Shown here one piece after another: positions 28,090-36,717 of a stretch of 64,000 bases of DNA. Origin of the DNA: Candidatus Omnitrophota bacterium. GTDB taxonomy: Bacteria; Omnitrophota; Gorgyraeia; 2-01-FULL-45-10. The notes under the pieces were generated by a model. It ran no database searches and was not told where the DNA came from. It saw only the letters and a list, made by a program, of their open reading frames with translations. Position numbers and translations under genes: made by a program. The DNA is taken from NCBI GenBank assembly GCA_041650935.1, contig JBAZKH010000002.1:64372-128371 (forward strand). Reading direction: 5' to 3'. Every line of letters begins with the position of its first letter. Position 1 is the first letter of the stretch.

Positions 28090-29345
28090 ATATTCGGAAA
28101 GTCCGTATCGATCAAATAAACCCCGCCGCTTACAACCCCCGCCTTGATTTAAAACCCGGTGATCCCGAATATGAAAAACTCAAGAAAAGCATTAAAACTT
28201 TCGGCTATGTCGAGCCCTTGGTATGGAATAGCCGGACAGGAAATCTTGTCGGGGGACATCAGCGCCTGAAGGTTCTTACTGAACAAGGTGATAAGGAAGT
28301 AGATGTCAGTGTCGTTGACCTTGACCCCGAAAAAGAAAAAGCCTTGAATCTGGCTTTAAATAAGATTCGCGGTGATTGGGATATTGAAAAACTCGGTGAG
28401 CTTCTGGATGAGCTCGGTAAAAGCCCCGACTTTGACGTAACTTTAACAGGCTTCGACATTCCAGAAATCAGCGAAATCCTCGACCAATTGGAAGAAGCCA
28501 AGGAAGATGATTTTGATTTTGAAAGCGCATTAAAAGATGAGGAAAAAGCCACGACCAAGCCGGGCGATATCATTGGGCTTGGTGAGCACAGGATTTTATG
28601 CGGCGACGCTTCAAAGCTGGAAGATCTGGCGAAACTTCTAGGAAACGAAATAGTCGGCCTGATTCACACAGACCCGCCCTATAATGTCGATTACTACGGA
28701 GGAGCTAGGCCTCATGATAAAGCTCGTCCTAAAAACTCAAAGCAGTGGAGGAGGATTTATAACGATAACATGAGCCAAGAAGATTATGAAAAATGGCTCA
28801 AAACTATTATTACTAACGCTTCCAAGTATCTTGCTCTCGGAGCGGCTGTTTACATCTGGAACGGCAGTCGGCAATTCGGCCCCATGTATGATATGCTTAC
28901 TGAGTTAAATTTTCATATAGGGTGCGTAATTACATGGGCAAAAGAACGATTCGCCATAGGCTACGGAGATTATAACCAGCAGACCGAATTCTGCCTATAC
29001 GGCTGGAAAGAAAAGGCAGGCGCTCATAAATGGTATGGCCCCAATAACGAATCAACTTTATGGCAAATCAAAAGAGATTCTACCGCCGGATATATCCATC
29101 CCACCCAAAAACCAGTTGCTTTAGCCCACAGAGCCATTAGGAATAGCTCAAAAAGAGGAGATATTGTGCTCGATCTATTCTTAGGTTCCGGCACAACCTT
29201 GATGGCCGCGGAGTCATTAAAAAGAAGGTGCTTTGGTACGGAAATCTCCCGCGCATATTGCGATGGAATCATTAAAAGGTATGTGAAATTTGCCGGTAAA
29301 GATAAAGTTTCTCAAGAAATTTTAAAAAAATACGAACTTTCATAA
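28086..29345 (+). CDS. ParB-like nuclease domain fused to a beta-class N6/N4 DNA methyltransferase (phage-type)
   Basis: 419 aa. N-terminal ParB/Srx-like region with GGHQRL. MTase motif IV DPPY (IHTDPPYNVDYYGG) precedes motif I FLGSGTT. Paralogue at 46371-47648. Confidence 0.75.
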   Translation: MNIRKVRIDQINPAAYNPRLDLKPGDPEYEKLKKSIKTFGYVEPLVWNSRTGNLVGGHQRLKVLTEQGDKEVDVSVVDLDPEKEKALNLALNKIRGDWDIEKLGELLDELGKSPDFDVTLTGFDIPEISEILDQLEEAKEDDFDFESALKDEEKATTKPGDIIGLGEHRILCGDASKLEDLAKLLGNEIVGLIHTDPPYNVDYYGGARPHDKARPKNSKQWRRIYNDNMSQEDYEKWLKTIITNASKYLALGAAVYIWNGSRQFGPMYDMLTELNFHIGCVITWAKERFAIGYGDYNQQTEFCLYGWKEKAGAHKWYGPNNESTLWQIKRDSTAGYIHPTQKPVALAHRAIRNSSKRGDIVLDLFLGSGTTLMAAESLKRRCFGTEISRAYCDGIIKRYVKFAGKDKVSQEILKKYELS

Positions 29346-29359
29346 GGAGGTAAAAATTT

Positions 29360-30034
29360 ATGCCGGATGAAGAACGCCCCGATAATATCGAAGAATCCCC
29401 AGCACTTCAAATATTAGCACAGATTCGAGACGGCACGCTAGATCCTAAAAAAATACCTTCAGAAATCCGCCAAGACTGTGTCGAACATCTGTGGCATGTG
29501 GAAGGCCAGCCTACAGCCGCAATAGCCCAGATCTTAAAAGTAAGTGATAAGACGATCAGGCGCGATAAGGATGATATCAGGGAAAGAAACGCCAAAAAAT
29601 TAACTCCTGAGGACAGGCTAAAACTTCTCAATGAATTCATGTCTAAATGGACCGCTTCGCAAGAGAATTTACAGAGATTGTCGCGCTCGCAAACGGGATC
29701 GATTCAGGAAAAATCGCAGGCCGGTTATTTTGCCATGAAAGCCATTAAAGAACAGATAGAGATTCTTCAAAGTTTAGGTATCTTTTATGAGAAGCCGGAG
29801 CAGTCAGAAATTGATATCCATGCTCACGAGGAAGAAGTTAACCCAGCTAAATTAAAGGAAGAATTAGCGCGCCTTGAAAAAATAGCGAATGACAAGGATA
29901 TCAATGATCCGGAAGTCGCAAAATTAATAGAGGACGTAAAGCGCAATATCGCAATCGCGGAGGCTAAAGAAGGATTAACTAAGTTGGAAGGAAAGATTAA
30001 TGATATAACTAAGAATAAGGATTCTCAGAAGTGA
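29360..30034 (+). CDS. HTH-containing small protein in the terminase small-subunit position (putative TerS)
   Basis: 224 aa. Central TAAIAQILKVSDKTIRRDKDDIRERNA helix-turn-helix. Lies immediately upstream of the large terminase and overlaps it. Paralogue at 47635-48312. Confidence 0.4.
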   Translation: MPDEERPDNIEESPALQILAQIRDGTLDPKKIPSEIRQDCVEHLWHVEGQPTAAIAQILKVSDKTIRRDKDDIRERNAKKLTPEDRLKLLNEFMSKWTASQENLQRLSRSQTGSIQEKSQAGYFAMKAIKEQIEILQSLGIFYEKPEQSEIDIHAHEEEVNPAKLKEELARLEKIANDKDINDPEVAKLIEDVKRNIAIAEAKEGLTKLEGKINDITKNKDSQK

Positions 30035-31728
30035 GTATCGGCATTGAATCAGAAAGACGTCTGCGTAAAACGATGGGCAAAAAATCCATCTTGGCCTTTG
30101 CCGATATTTATCTTTCTCATCATATAAAACTCAAAAGTCCAAGCCCTCCTTTTCACAAAGAAATATGCGATTTTCTCATAGACATGACTAACCATCGCGA
30201 TAAACGGCTGGCAATCGCGGCGCCACGCGGATACGCAAAAAGTACACTTGTAAATTTATTTTATGTATTGTGGTCTATTTGTTACGGAAAAGAACGATTT
30301 ATCTTAATTTTTTCAGCGACTGCCGATCAGGCGCAGTCGCAGTTAGCCACAGTGTCAAAAGAGCTTCAAACAAATATTCTCCTGCGAGATGATTTCGCGG
30401 ATGTATTTTCCACCAAAAGTCAGATTAAAGGAAAATTTACCCAAGATGAAATCATTACACCTAATGATATTAAAGTAAAAGCATATGGCGCAGGACAAGG
30501 TTCCCGGGGGATTAAGCATAATGAGCATAGGCCTACTTTAATTCTCCTCGATGATATCGATGGTGAAAAGAATACTTATAGCTCCAAAGCCAGAGAAAGT
30601 ATCTTCAGCTGGTTTAATCAAGTGGTCCTGTTTATGGGCGCGATTAACGTTGTTAATATGATCGCCATAGGAACACTTGTCCACCCCAAGTCACTATTGA
30701 CACGGCTGACCTATAAAGATGAATTCCTTAATTGGGATAAACTTATTTATAAGGCGATCGAAGAATTCTCCAAGCATGACGACTTGTGGCAAAAGTGGGA
30801 GAATATCGCGCGTAATCGCGGCGAGAGTTATGAAAGCGGAGTAGGCCTAGAAGCGGCAGATAGGTTCTTTCAGGATAATAAAGCCGATATGCTTAAAGAC
30901 ACAAAAGTCCTCTGGGAAGAGATGGAAGATTATTATACATTGATGAAAATCAAGACATTTGGAACTTCCTATAGCTTCGATTCCGAGAAACAAAATGATC
31001 CCACTAAAACTATGGATAGTCGTTACGACCCGGGAAAATTCTACTACTGGGATGACCAATTCCCCACGCTGGAAGAACTGCTCGCATCATTCGGCGGCGA
31101 CTATAGCTATGTAGGTGCCTGCGACCCGAGCGTTGGCGTAAAAAGTGGTCGCTCGGATCACTCGGGTATCATTATCCTTGCCCAGCATAAAGGCCGGCTT
31201 TATATCATCGATGCCGATATTATGGAACGTACTCAGGATGATCTGGTTCATACTATTGTTAATTACTGCAAAATCCGCCATCCAATGAACAACTTCATTA
31301 TCGAAGCTAATCTATTCCCACAGTTATTGCTTAATACTGTGCGTAATCACGCTTATAAGGAAAATGTTGTAGCCCCTTTTAAAGAAATCCGCAATACCGG
31401 GATTTCTAAAGAACAAAGAATCTTTGGAATGGAAACCTATCTTACAACAGGTACGGTTTTATTCTCCCGAAAGCATACAACATTGCTTGATCAACTTAAA
31501 TATTTTCCCAGAGACGATCATAACGATGGCCCGGACGCTTTAGAGATGGCCATAAGGGCAGCGGAAAGTCGAGTCAGTTTCTTGCCGATGGATGACGATG
31601 ATATAAGAGACAAACAGGGAAGACGTATTACTGATAGGGATTTTGGCCAAACAACTCCAGAAGAGGATGCGCGAGACGAGGACGACGAAGATGATGATCC
31701 AAATCGCAAGGGTGGCGTTAGCCCCTAA
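30031..31728 (+). CDS. Phage terminase large subunit (ATPase plus RNase-H-like nuclease) with an unusual acidic C-terminal tail
   Basis: 565 aa. Walker A AIAAPRGYAKST, Walker B LILLDDIDGE. C-terminal nuclease Asp residues (GACDPS, IIDADIME). Tail EEDARDEDDEDDDPNRKGG. Confidence 0.7.
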   Translation: MSIGIESERRLRKTMGKKSILAFADIYLSHHIKLKSPSPPFHKEICDFLIDMTNHRDKRLAIAAPRGYAKSTLVNLFYVLWSICYGKERFILIFSATADQAQSQLATVSKELQTNILLRDDFADVFSTKSQIKGKFTQDEIITPNDIKVKAYGAGQGSRGIKHNEHRPTLILLDDIDGEKNTYSSKARESIFSWFNQVVLFMGAINVVNMIAIGTLVHPKSLLTRLTYKDEFLNWDKLIYKAIEEFSKHDDLWQKWENIARNRGESYESGVGLEAADRFFQDNKADMLKDTKVLWEEMEDYYTLMKIKTFGTSYSFDSEKQNDPTKTMDSRYDPGKFYYWDDQFPTLEELLASFGGDYSYVGACDPSVGVKSGRSDHSGIIILAQHKGRLYIIDADIMERTQDDLVHTIVNYCKIRHPMNNFIIEANLFPQLLLNTVRNHAYKENVVAPFKEIRNTGISKEQRIFGMETYLTTGTVLFSRKHTTLLDQLKYFPRDDHNDGPDALEMAIRAAESRVSFLPMDDDDIRDKQGRRITDRDFGQTTPEEDARDEDDEDDDPNRKGGVSP

Positions 31729-31825
31729 AAAGAGGTCTTTTAAGGGCGGACATTTTGATTAAAATAGCGTGTCCGCCGAAAAGAGCGTATATTTTATAAC
31801 TATATATACATCAATTGGTTATGAT

Positions 31826-31880
31826 TTTATGTCCATCTGAAAAGTGGACAGAAATGGACATAAAAGTGGACATGTCCAAA
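31826..31880. promoter_or_regulatory. Cluster of TGGACA/TGTCCA repeats including the perfect palindrome TGGACATGTCCA. Candidate binding-site array.
   Basis: The sequence ATGTCCATCTGAAAAGTGGACAGAAATGGACATAAAAGTGGACATGTCCAAAT contains five copies of (T)GGACA or its complement within 55 bp. Confidence 0.35.
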
Positions 31881-32037
31881 TACCTCTCTGAAACTCGCCT
31901 CTCTGATTTTCGAAAATTCTTGTTTTCTGTAACTCATAACTGTATAATGGTGCTTAAGAATTAAGATGTAACATTAATGTTAGGGGATAACCCCCCTACC
32001 AAAAATCTCTCTCTCGTTTTAAGAAGAGAGAGGCATT

Positions 32038-32074
32038 AAGCTCTGATTGGTTCAGCCGATCAGAGCTTTTTCTT
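32038..32074 (+). terminator. Hairpin plus T-run (AAGCTCTGAT-TGGTTCAGCC-GATCAGAGCTTTTTCTTT)
   Basis: 10-bp perfect stem followed by TTTTTCTTT. A second hairpin, CTCTCTCG...GAGAGAG, lies just upstream at 32008-32033. Confidence 0.5.
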
Positions 32075-32346
32075 TGTCTTTACGTTTCAAAGACTTAGGG
32101 CATTTCTACCCGACGAGCCACGCAGCTTTTAACATTATTCTCTTTTAGCATTTAAAATTTATGCAGATCAGGCCAGCTAATCGCCGGAATAGCTCGATTC
32201 ATCTCTGATTTGGATTATTTTAGAGTGCGTGTAGTAAATGGTATTTTGGCGATATTATGCTGCTATTGATCGAACGGAATAGCCATTTACTAGGAATTGG
32301 CAGATACCTGGCTGGACTTATCTCTAGTAAATGACCTACTTGTGGG

Positions 32347-33942
32347 CTAATTTTGCTGGGACTTAAGGAGGTTATTCCAGATCTCTTGCTGCCTATTCCA
32401 GTCTAATTCCTGCGTTATATCGCGCAGCTTGTATTCAGGGATGCTGGACAACGCTTTGTTGTCAGACAGGAGTATCTCTTCCTGGATTCGTGGCGACATG
32501 AGGAGCATAGTCGCGATGTGGCAGATCCTGGCTGGACTTATGCCGATCCAACCAGCGATTTCTTTTAAAGTGCATCTTTTTTCATGCACGATTTGGTCTA
32601 TCTGATGAGCCAGGATCAGGTTCTGCCGTATGAGCGGTTCTTTGCTTATCGCGGCCTGCTGGCGATGATAAGGTATATGCTTTAATTCAGCCAGCTTTAG
32701 CGCGAATTGGTGGCTTTTATCGCCATCATGGAGCACTATCTCAAGAGTTCCGTTAACCGCGTCGTAATGCGCAACCTTGGCGATTGATTTAAGGACTGGT
32801 ATTTTTGCTTCCAGGGTTAGCGATTCCCAGACCTTGGCCTCAATCCGCGGATCTTTGCAGACTGTCCTTAAAAATTCCATAAACTTATTCTCAATAGCTT
32901 GAGCTGAAATGAGACGCGTAGGACAGCTCTTATAGCCACGCTTCTGGGCGTTCATACAAAGGTAGTAATGGTACTTATTAGTGCCTTTCTTGCTATATAT
33001 GTAGTACATAGTGCTATCGCAGGCCTTGCAGCGCAGGATACTGTTTAATAAGCCAGTATTCGTCACTACGCCAGCGACCTTGCGCTCACGACGGTTATTG
33101 GCCAGTATTTCTTGAGCCTTTTGGAATATATCGTCGGGTAATATGCGCTCTTGCTCGCCTTGATAAAGCTGCCCGGCATGATGAACTTTACCGATATAGA
33201 ATGGATTTTTAACTATCGATTGAATGCTCGTACTTTTAAACTTTACACCGCCGGATTTCCGGCCTTCCAGGGTAGCGTAGCTTTTTGTCATGCGACTCTT
33301 CTCATTTAGCGCTACTGCTACTGAAAGGAGAGATCGCTTCTCAAGATAAAGATCGAATATCTCTTTTACGATCTCGGCCTCTTTTGGATTTATGACAAGC
33401 TTTCGGTTTATCTTGTCGATATCATAGCCTAAAGGCGGCCTGCCACCGACCCACTTACCTCTCTTTTTGGAAGCAGCCATCTTGTCGCGTGTTCGTTCGC
33501 TTATAATTTCACGTTCGAACTGTGCAAAAGAGAGGAGTATATTTAAGGTAAGGCGCCCCATCGAGGTATTGGTGTTGAAAGCCTGTGTCACAGATACAAA
33601 TGTTACGTTGTTCTGTTCAAAGAACTCTAAGAGTTGAGTAAAATCAAGAAGCGAGCGTGATAATCGATCTACTTTATAAACCACGACACAATTAATGCCA
33701 CCTTTTTTAATGTTAGTCATGAGTTTTTGCAGGGCAGGTCGTTCGGTATTCGCTCCTGTATAGCCAGGATCATCGTAGCACTCAGACAACGTTATCCAGC
33801 CTTCCGACTTTTGGCTTTGGATATAGCTCTCTGCCGATTCGCGCTGGTTATCTAACGACGTAAATTCCTGCGCTAACCCTTCAGTAGTCGAGACGCGTGT
33901 ATATATGGCGCAATTAATCTTTTTCTTTTCTTGTTTTTCCAT
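32347..33942 (-). CDS. Large serine recombinase, intact (531 aa)
   Basis: N-terminal INCAIYTRVSTTEGLAQEFTSLDNQRE. VVYKVDRLSRS. Recombinase domain. Cys cluster CKACDSTMYYIYS...YYLC. Paralogue of 4178-6144. Confidence 0.85.
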   Translation of the reverse strand: MEKQEKKKINCAIYTRVSTTEGLAQEFTSLDNQRESAESYIQSQKSEGWITLSECYDDPGYTGANTERPALQKLMTNIKKGGINCVVVYKVDRLSRSLLDFTQLLEFFEQNNVTFVSVTQAFNTNTSMGRLTLNILLSFAQFEREIISERTRDKMAASKKRGKWVGGRPPLGYDIDKINRKLVINPKEAEIVKEIFDLYLEKRSLLSVAVALNEKSRMTKSYATLEGRKSGGVKFKSTSIQSIVKNPFYIGKVHHAGQLYQGEQERILPDDIFQKAQEILANNRRERKVAGVVTNTGLLNSILRCKACDSTMYYIYSKKGTNKYHYYLCMNAQKRGYKSCPTRLISAQAIENKFMEFLRTVCKDPRIEAKVWESLTLEAKIPVLKSIAKVAHYDAVNGTLEIVLHDGDKSHQFALKLAELKHIPYHRQQAAISKEPLIRQNLILAHQIDQIVHEKRCTLKEIAGWIGISPARICHIATMLLMSPRIQEEILLSDNKALSSIPEYKLRDITQELDWNRQQEIWNNLLKSQQN

Positions 33943-33950
33943 CAGACCTC

Positions 33951-34394
33951 CTATAAATTAAAGAACAGATATCCGTTCCAATGCGCTCCGGTTATCTCCT
34001 TAGCGATTGCGGATAATGTCTTATAAATCTTTCCGTTATACTCGAAACCTTTCTCAAGTACCTTTACTCGGTACTTAGCGTCATTATATTCCTTAGTAAT
34101 CACAGTTCCCGGAATAGGAAGACGCTTATCCTTGGTACTGGCTGGCAGACATGAAGGCGGCCTATCCGGCCTGAGAGCTTTGTTATTGATAGGATCATAC
34201 TCCTCAATAAGCGCCGAAAGTCGCCCATTGGCCTTGTCTGATAGACTGCCTTGCTCGCGCTCCTGTAGCCTATAAGCGATCTTACGCCAGAGATAGAGCC
34301 TATGGTTACTGGTGGCATCCTCGCCATAAAGCTCCTTATATCTCTCGAGAAGCTCTTCAACAGGCGCACTTTTAAGTGTCATTATCTCGCTCAT
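33951..34394 (-). CDS. DUF2924-family protein (recombinase partner)
   Basis: 147 aa. KRLPIPGTVITKEY...GFEYNGKIYKTLSAIAKEITGAHWNGYLFFNL, paralogous to 6152-6661. Confidence 0.65.
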   Translation of the reverse strand: MSEIMTLKSAPVEELLERYKELYGEDATSNHRLYLWRKIAYRLQEREQGSLSDKANGRLSALIEEYDPINNKALRPDRPPSCLPASTKDKRLPIPGTVITKEYNDAKYRVKVLEKGFEYNGKIYKTLSAIAKEITGAHWNGYLFFNL

Positions 34395-34538
34395 TTTGGC
34401 CCCCTTTCCTTAATACATATATAGCCATAGGTTTTTCGAAATAGCAAGTTATATTAGAGATAAGCACAATATACAGTAGGAATAATTTAGTGTTGGCAAC
34501 ACCAGATTTATGTATCATTAAAATTTATTACTTTTTAC

Positions 34539-34567
34539 TTGACAGAATTATTGCCATGTGATATATT
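34539..34567 (+). promoter_or_regulatory. Sigma70-type promoter for the Type I restriction-modification operon: TTGACA, 17-nt spacer, extended -10 TGaTATATT
   Basis: -35 TTGACA at 34539-34544. Spacer GAATTATTGCCATGTGA. -10 TATATT at 34562-34567 preceded by TG. Confidence 0.5.
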
Positions 34568-34573
34568 TTCTGC

Positions 34574-35185
34574 ATGGTTAAAGATGATATAGACATGACA
34601 GAAAGAACGAAGCCTTTAAAACTATTATCCAAAGAGATATTTTCAGGCGCTCCATTATATAGTACGGAGAAAATGGAAGAAGGCGCGGATGGTCTTCCCT
34701 TGATAAATATTAAGGATGTAGCCGAAGGAACTATTAGACCTGATACGTGTCGGCGGTTAATACCTGGGGATTTTAAGAACTTAGCTAGATATTTAGTATA
34801 TCCGAAAGATGTCGTTGTTACCTGCAGAGGTAGCCTATTGAAAGCCGCTGTTATTCCCGAGAACATCGGCAAGGCTCTAATAACATCAAACTTAATAGCC
34901 GTACGCCTAGACGAGTTAGTGTTACCAGAATTTTTGGCCATATATCTGAATATAAAGGAAGGCCAAAGAAAAATTCTTACGAGCGCAACTTCCGCTGATA
35001 CGCGCCTCGTGCTTACAGTTTCAAACATAGAAGAGTTTGAGATTCCTGTTTTGCCGATCAATTTACAGAAACAGATAATAGATTTAACAGCGTCTTCTGT
35101 TGAACAGTATAGATTGAGTTTGGATGCTGCAGTCACAAGGAAAAAAATTACCGAGCAGATTATAGAAGAACTAATAAAGAAATAG
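34574..35185 (+). CDS. hsdS: Type I restriction-modification specificity subunit, half-size (single target-recognition domain)
   Basis: 203 aa. One target-recognition domain followed by the conserved C-terminal helical region (LQKQIIDLTASSVEQYRLSLDAAV...). Lies directly upstream of hsdM. Confidence 0.55.
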   Translation: MVKDDIDMTERTKPLKLLSKEIFSGAPLYSTEKMEEGADGLPLINIKDVAEGTIRPDTCRRLIPGDFKNLARYLVYPKDVVVTCRGSLLKAAVIPENIGKALITSNLIAVRLDELVLPEFLAIYLNIKEGQRKILTSATSADTRLVLTVSNIEEFEIPVLPINLQKQIIDLTASSVEQYRLSLDAAVTRKKITEQIIEELIKK

Positions 35186-35196
35186 GGAGGATAAAA

Positions 35197-36717
35197 ATGT
35201 CAAAGCTAACAAATGGCGAACTCAATAATTATCTATGGGGTGCAGCAGATATTCTACGCGGCTCGATTGACTCATCCGATTATAAGAACTATATCTTCGG
35301 CTTTCTATTCCTTAAGCGTCTATCCGATGTTTTTGAGGATGAGGCGGAGAAAGTTATACAGAGGGAGCTTAAACGTGGCACATCTCAGGCTGAGGCCACA
35401 AAGATAGCCATGGAAGATCCAGACGAGCATCAATTCTTTGTACCGAAGCGCGCTCGCTGGTCCGAGATACGCAAGGTTTCACAGAATATAGGAGATGAGC
35501 TCAATAAGGCCTGTCATGCTCTCGAAGATAAGAATCAGATCCTCGAGGGCGTTCTTGCAGACATAGACTTTAATTCCAATAAGCTCGGCGATACAAAAAA
35601 CCGCGATTCGGTACTATCACGGCTTGTGAACCACTTCTCTAAAATCAGCCTTAAAAATACAGACCTCGAAGAGCCGGACATGTTGGGTAGGGCCTATGAA
35701 TACCTCATTGAGAAGTTCGCCGACGACGCCGGAAAAAAAGGCGGAGAGTTTTATACGCCGCGGAAAGTTGTCCAGCTGATCGTGGAGCTTCTAAAGCCCA
35801 AAGAAGGTATGCGTATTTGCGATCCCACCTGTGGTTCAGGCGGTATGCTTATCGAATGTGCCCATTATATAGAGAGGAAGAAGGGTAACCCAAGGAATAT
35901 TTCATTGTTCGGCCAGGAAAAGAATCTGGGTACCTGGGCCATATGCAAGATGAACATGCTCCTACATAACCTACCTGATGCAAGAATTGAGAAGGGCGAT
36001 ACAATACGGACTCCCAAACTTGTTAAGGAAGGCGAGTTAATGCTATTTGATAGAGTCATAGCAAACCCGCCATTCAGCTTAAAAGATTGGGGCATGGAAG
36101 CGGCTCAGAATGATGGTTTCGGAAGATTTCGTTATGGCATTCCTCCAAAGACCAAAGGAGATTATGCTTTCATGCAGCACATGATTGCTACAATTAACGA
36201 TAAAGGTATGGTTGGTGTGGTGATGCCTCACGGCGTGCTCTTTAGGGGCGCATCTGAAGGTAAGATCAGGAAAGTCCTGATAGAAGAAGACCGCTTTGAG
36301 ACGGTGATAGGATTAGCCCCGAATCTTTTCTACGGCACCCCCATTCCTGCAACAATTTTAATCTTTAATAGGAACAAACCAAAGGAGCGAAAAAACAAAA
36401 TTTTGTTTATTAATGCTTCAGGATGTTATGAGGGAGGCAAAAATCAGAATAAACTCAGAGCCGCAGATATCGAAAGAATCGTTAGTGCTTTTAATGGATA
36501 TGAGGATATAGAAAGATTTGCTAGGGTAGTTTCGCAGGATGAAATTAAGGAGAACGACTACAATCTTAATATTAGCCGCTACATTGATATGACGGAACCC
36601 GAACCCAGGATCGACGTCAGGGATGCGCTTAAGAAGTTACGCGATCTTGAGGCTCATCGCGATCAGGCTGAAAAAAAGATGGATGAATGCTTGAAGGGAT
36701 TAGGGTATGGGAAATAG
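35197..36717 (+). CDS. hsdM: Type I restriction-modification DNA methyltransferase subunit
   Basis: 506 aa. N-terminal HsdM_N region (LWGAADILRG...YIFGFLFLKRLSD). Motif I DPTCGSGGML, motif IV NPPF (VIANPPFSLKDW). Confidence 0.9.
   Translation: MSKLTNGELNNYLWGAADILRGSIDSSDYKNYIFGFLFLKRLSDVFEDEAEKVIQRELKRGTSQAEATKIAMEDPDEHQFFVPKRARWSEIRKVSQNIGDELNKACHALEDKNQILEGVLADIDFNSNKLGDTKNRDSVLSRLVNHFSKISLKNTDLEEPDMLGRAYEYLIEKFADDAGKKGGEFYTPRKVVQLIVELLKPKEGMRICDPTCGSGGMLIECAHYIERKKGNPRNISLFGQEKNLGTWAICKMNMLLHNLPDARIEKGDTIRTPKLVKEGELMLFDRVIANPPFSLKDWGMEAAQNDGFGRFRYGIPPKTKGDYAFMQHMIATINDKGMVGVVMPHGVLFRGASEGKIRKVLIEEDRFETVIGLAPNLFYGTPIPATILIFNRNKPKERKNKILFINASGCYEGGKNQNKLRAADIERIVSAFNGYEDIERFARVVSQDEIKENDYNLNISRYIDMTEPEPRIDVRDALKKLRDLEAHRDQAEKKMDECLKGLGYGK

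Larger units (their letters stand above)
27553..34394. mobile_element. Candidate integrative element or phage-satellite-like remnant. Gene order: hypothetical, ParB-MTase, TerS-like, TerL, non-coding iteron and hairpin region, large serine recombinase, DUF2924.
   Basis: Phage packaging genes plus a recombinase, with no capsid, tail or replication genes. Located at the boundary of the pho regulon. Confidence 0.4.

Noticed and set aside
32347-35185. Serine recombinase next to a half-hsdS as a phase-variable hsdS shufflon
   Set aside because: The recombinase is a large serine integrase-type enzyme with a DUF2924 partner, paralogous to the one in island 1. No inverted hsdS repeats were seen. Adjacency is probably coincidental.
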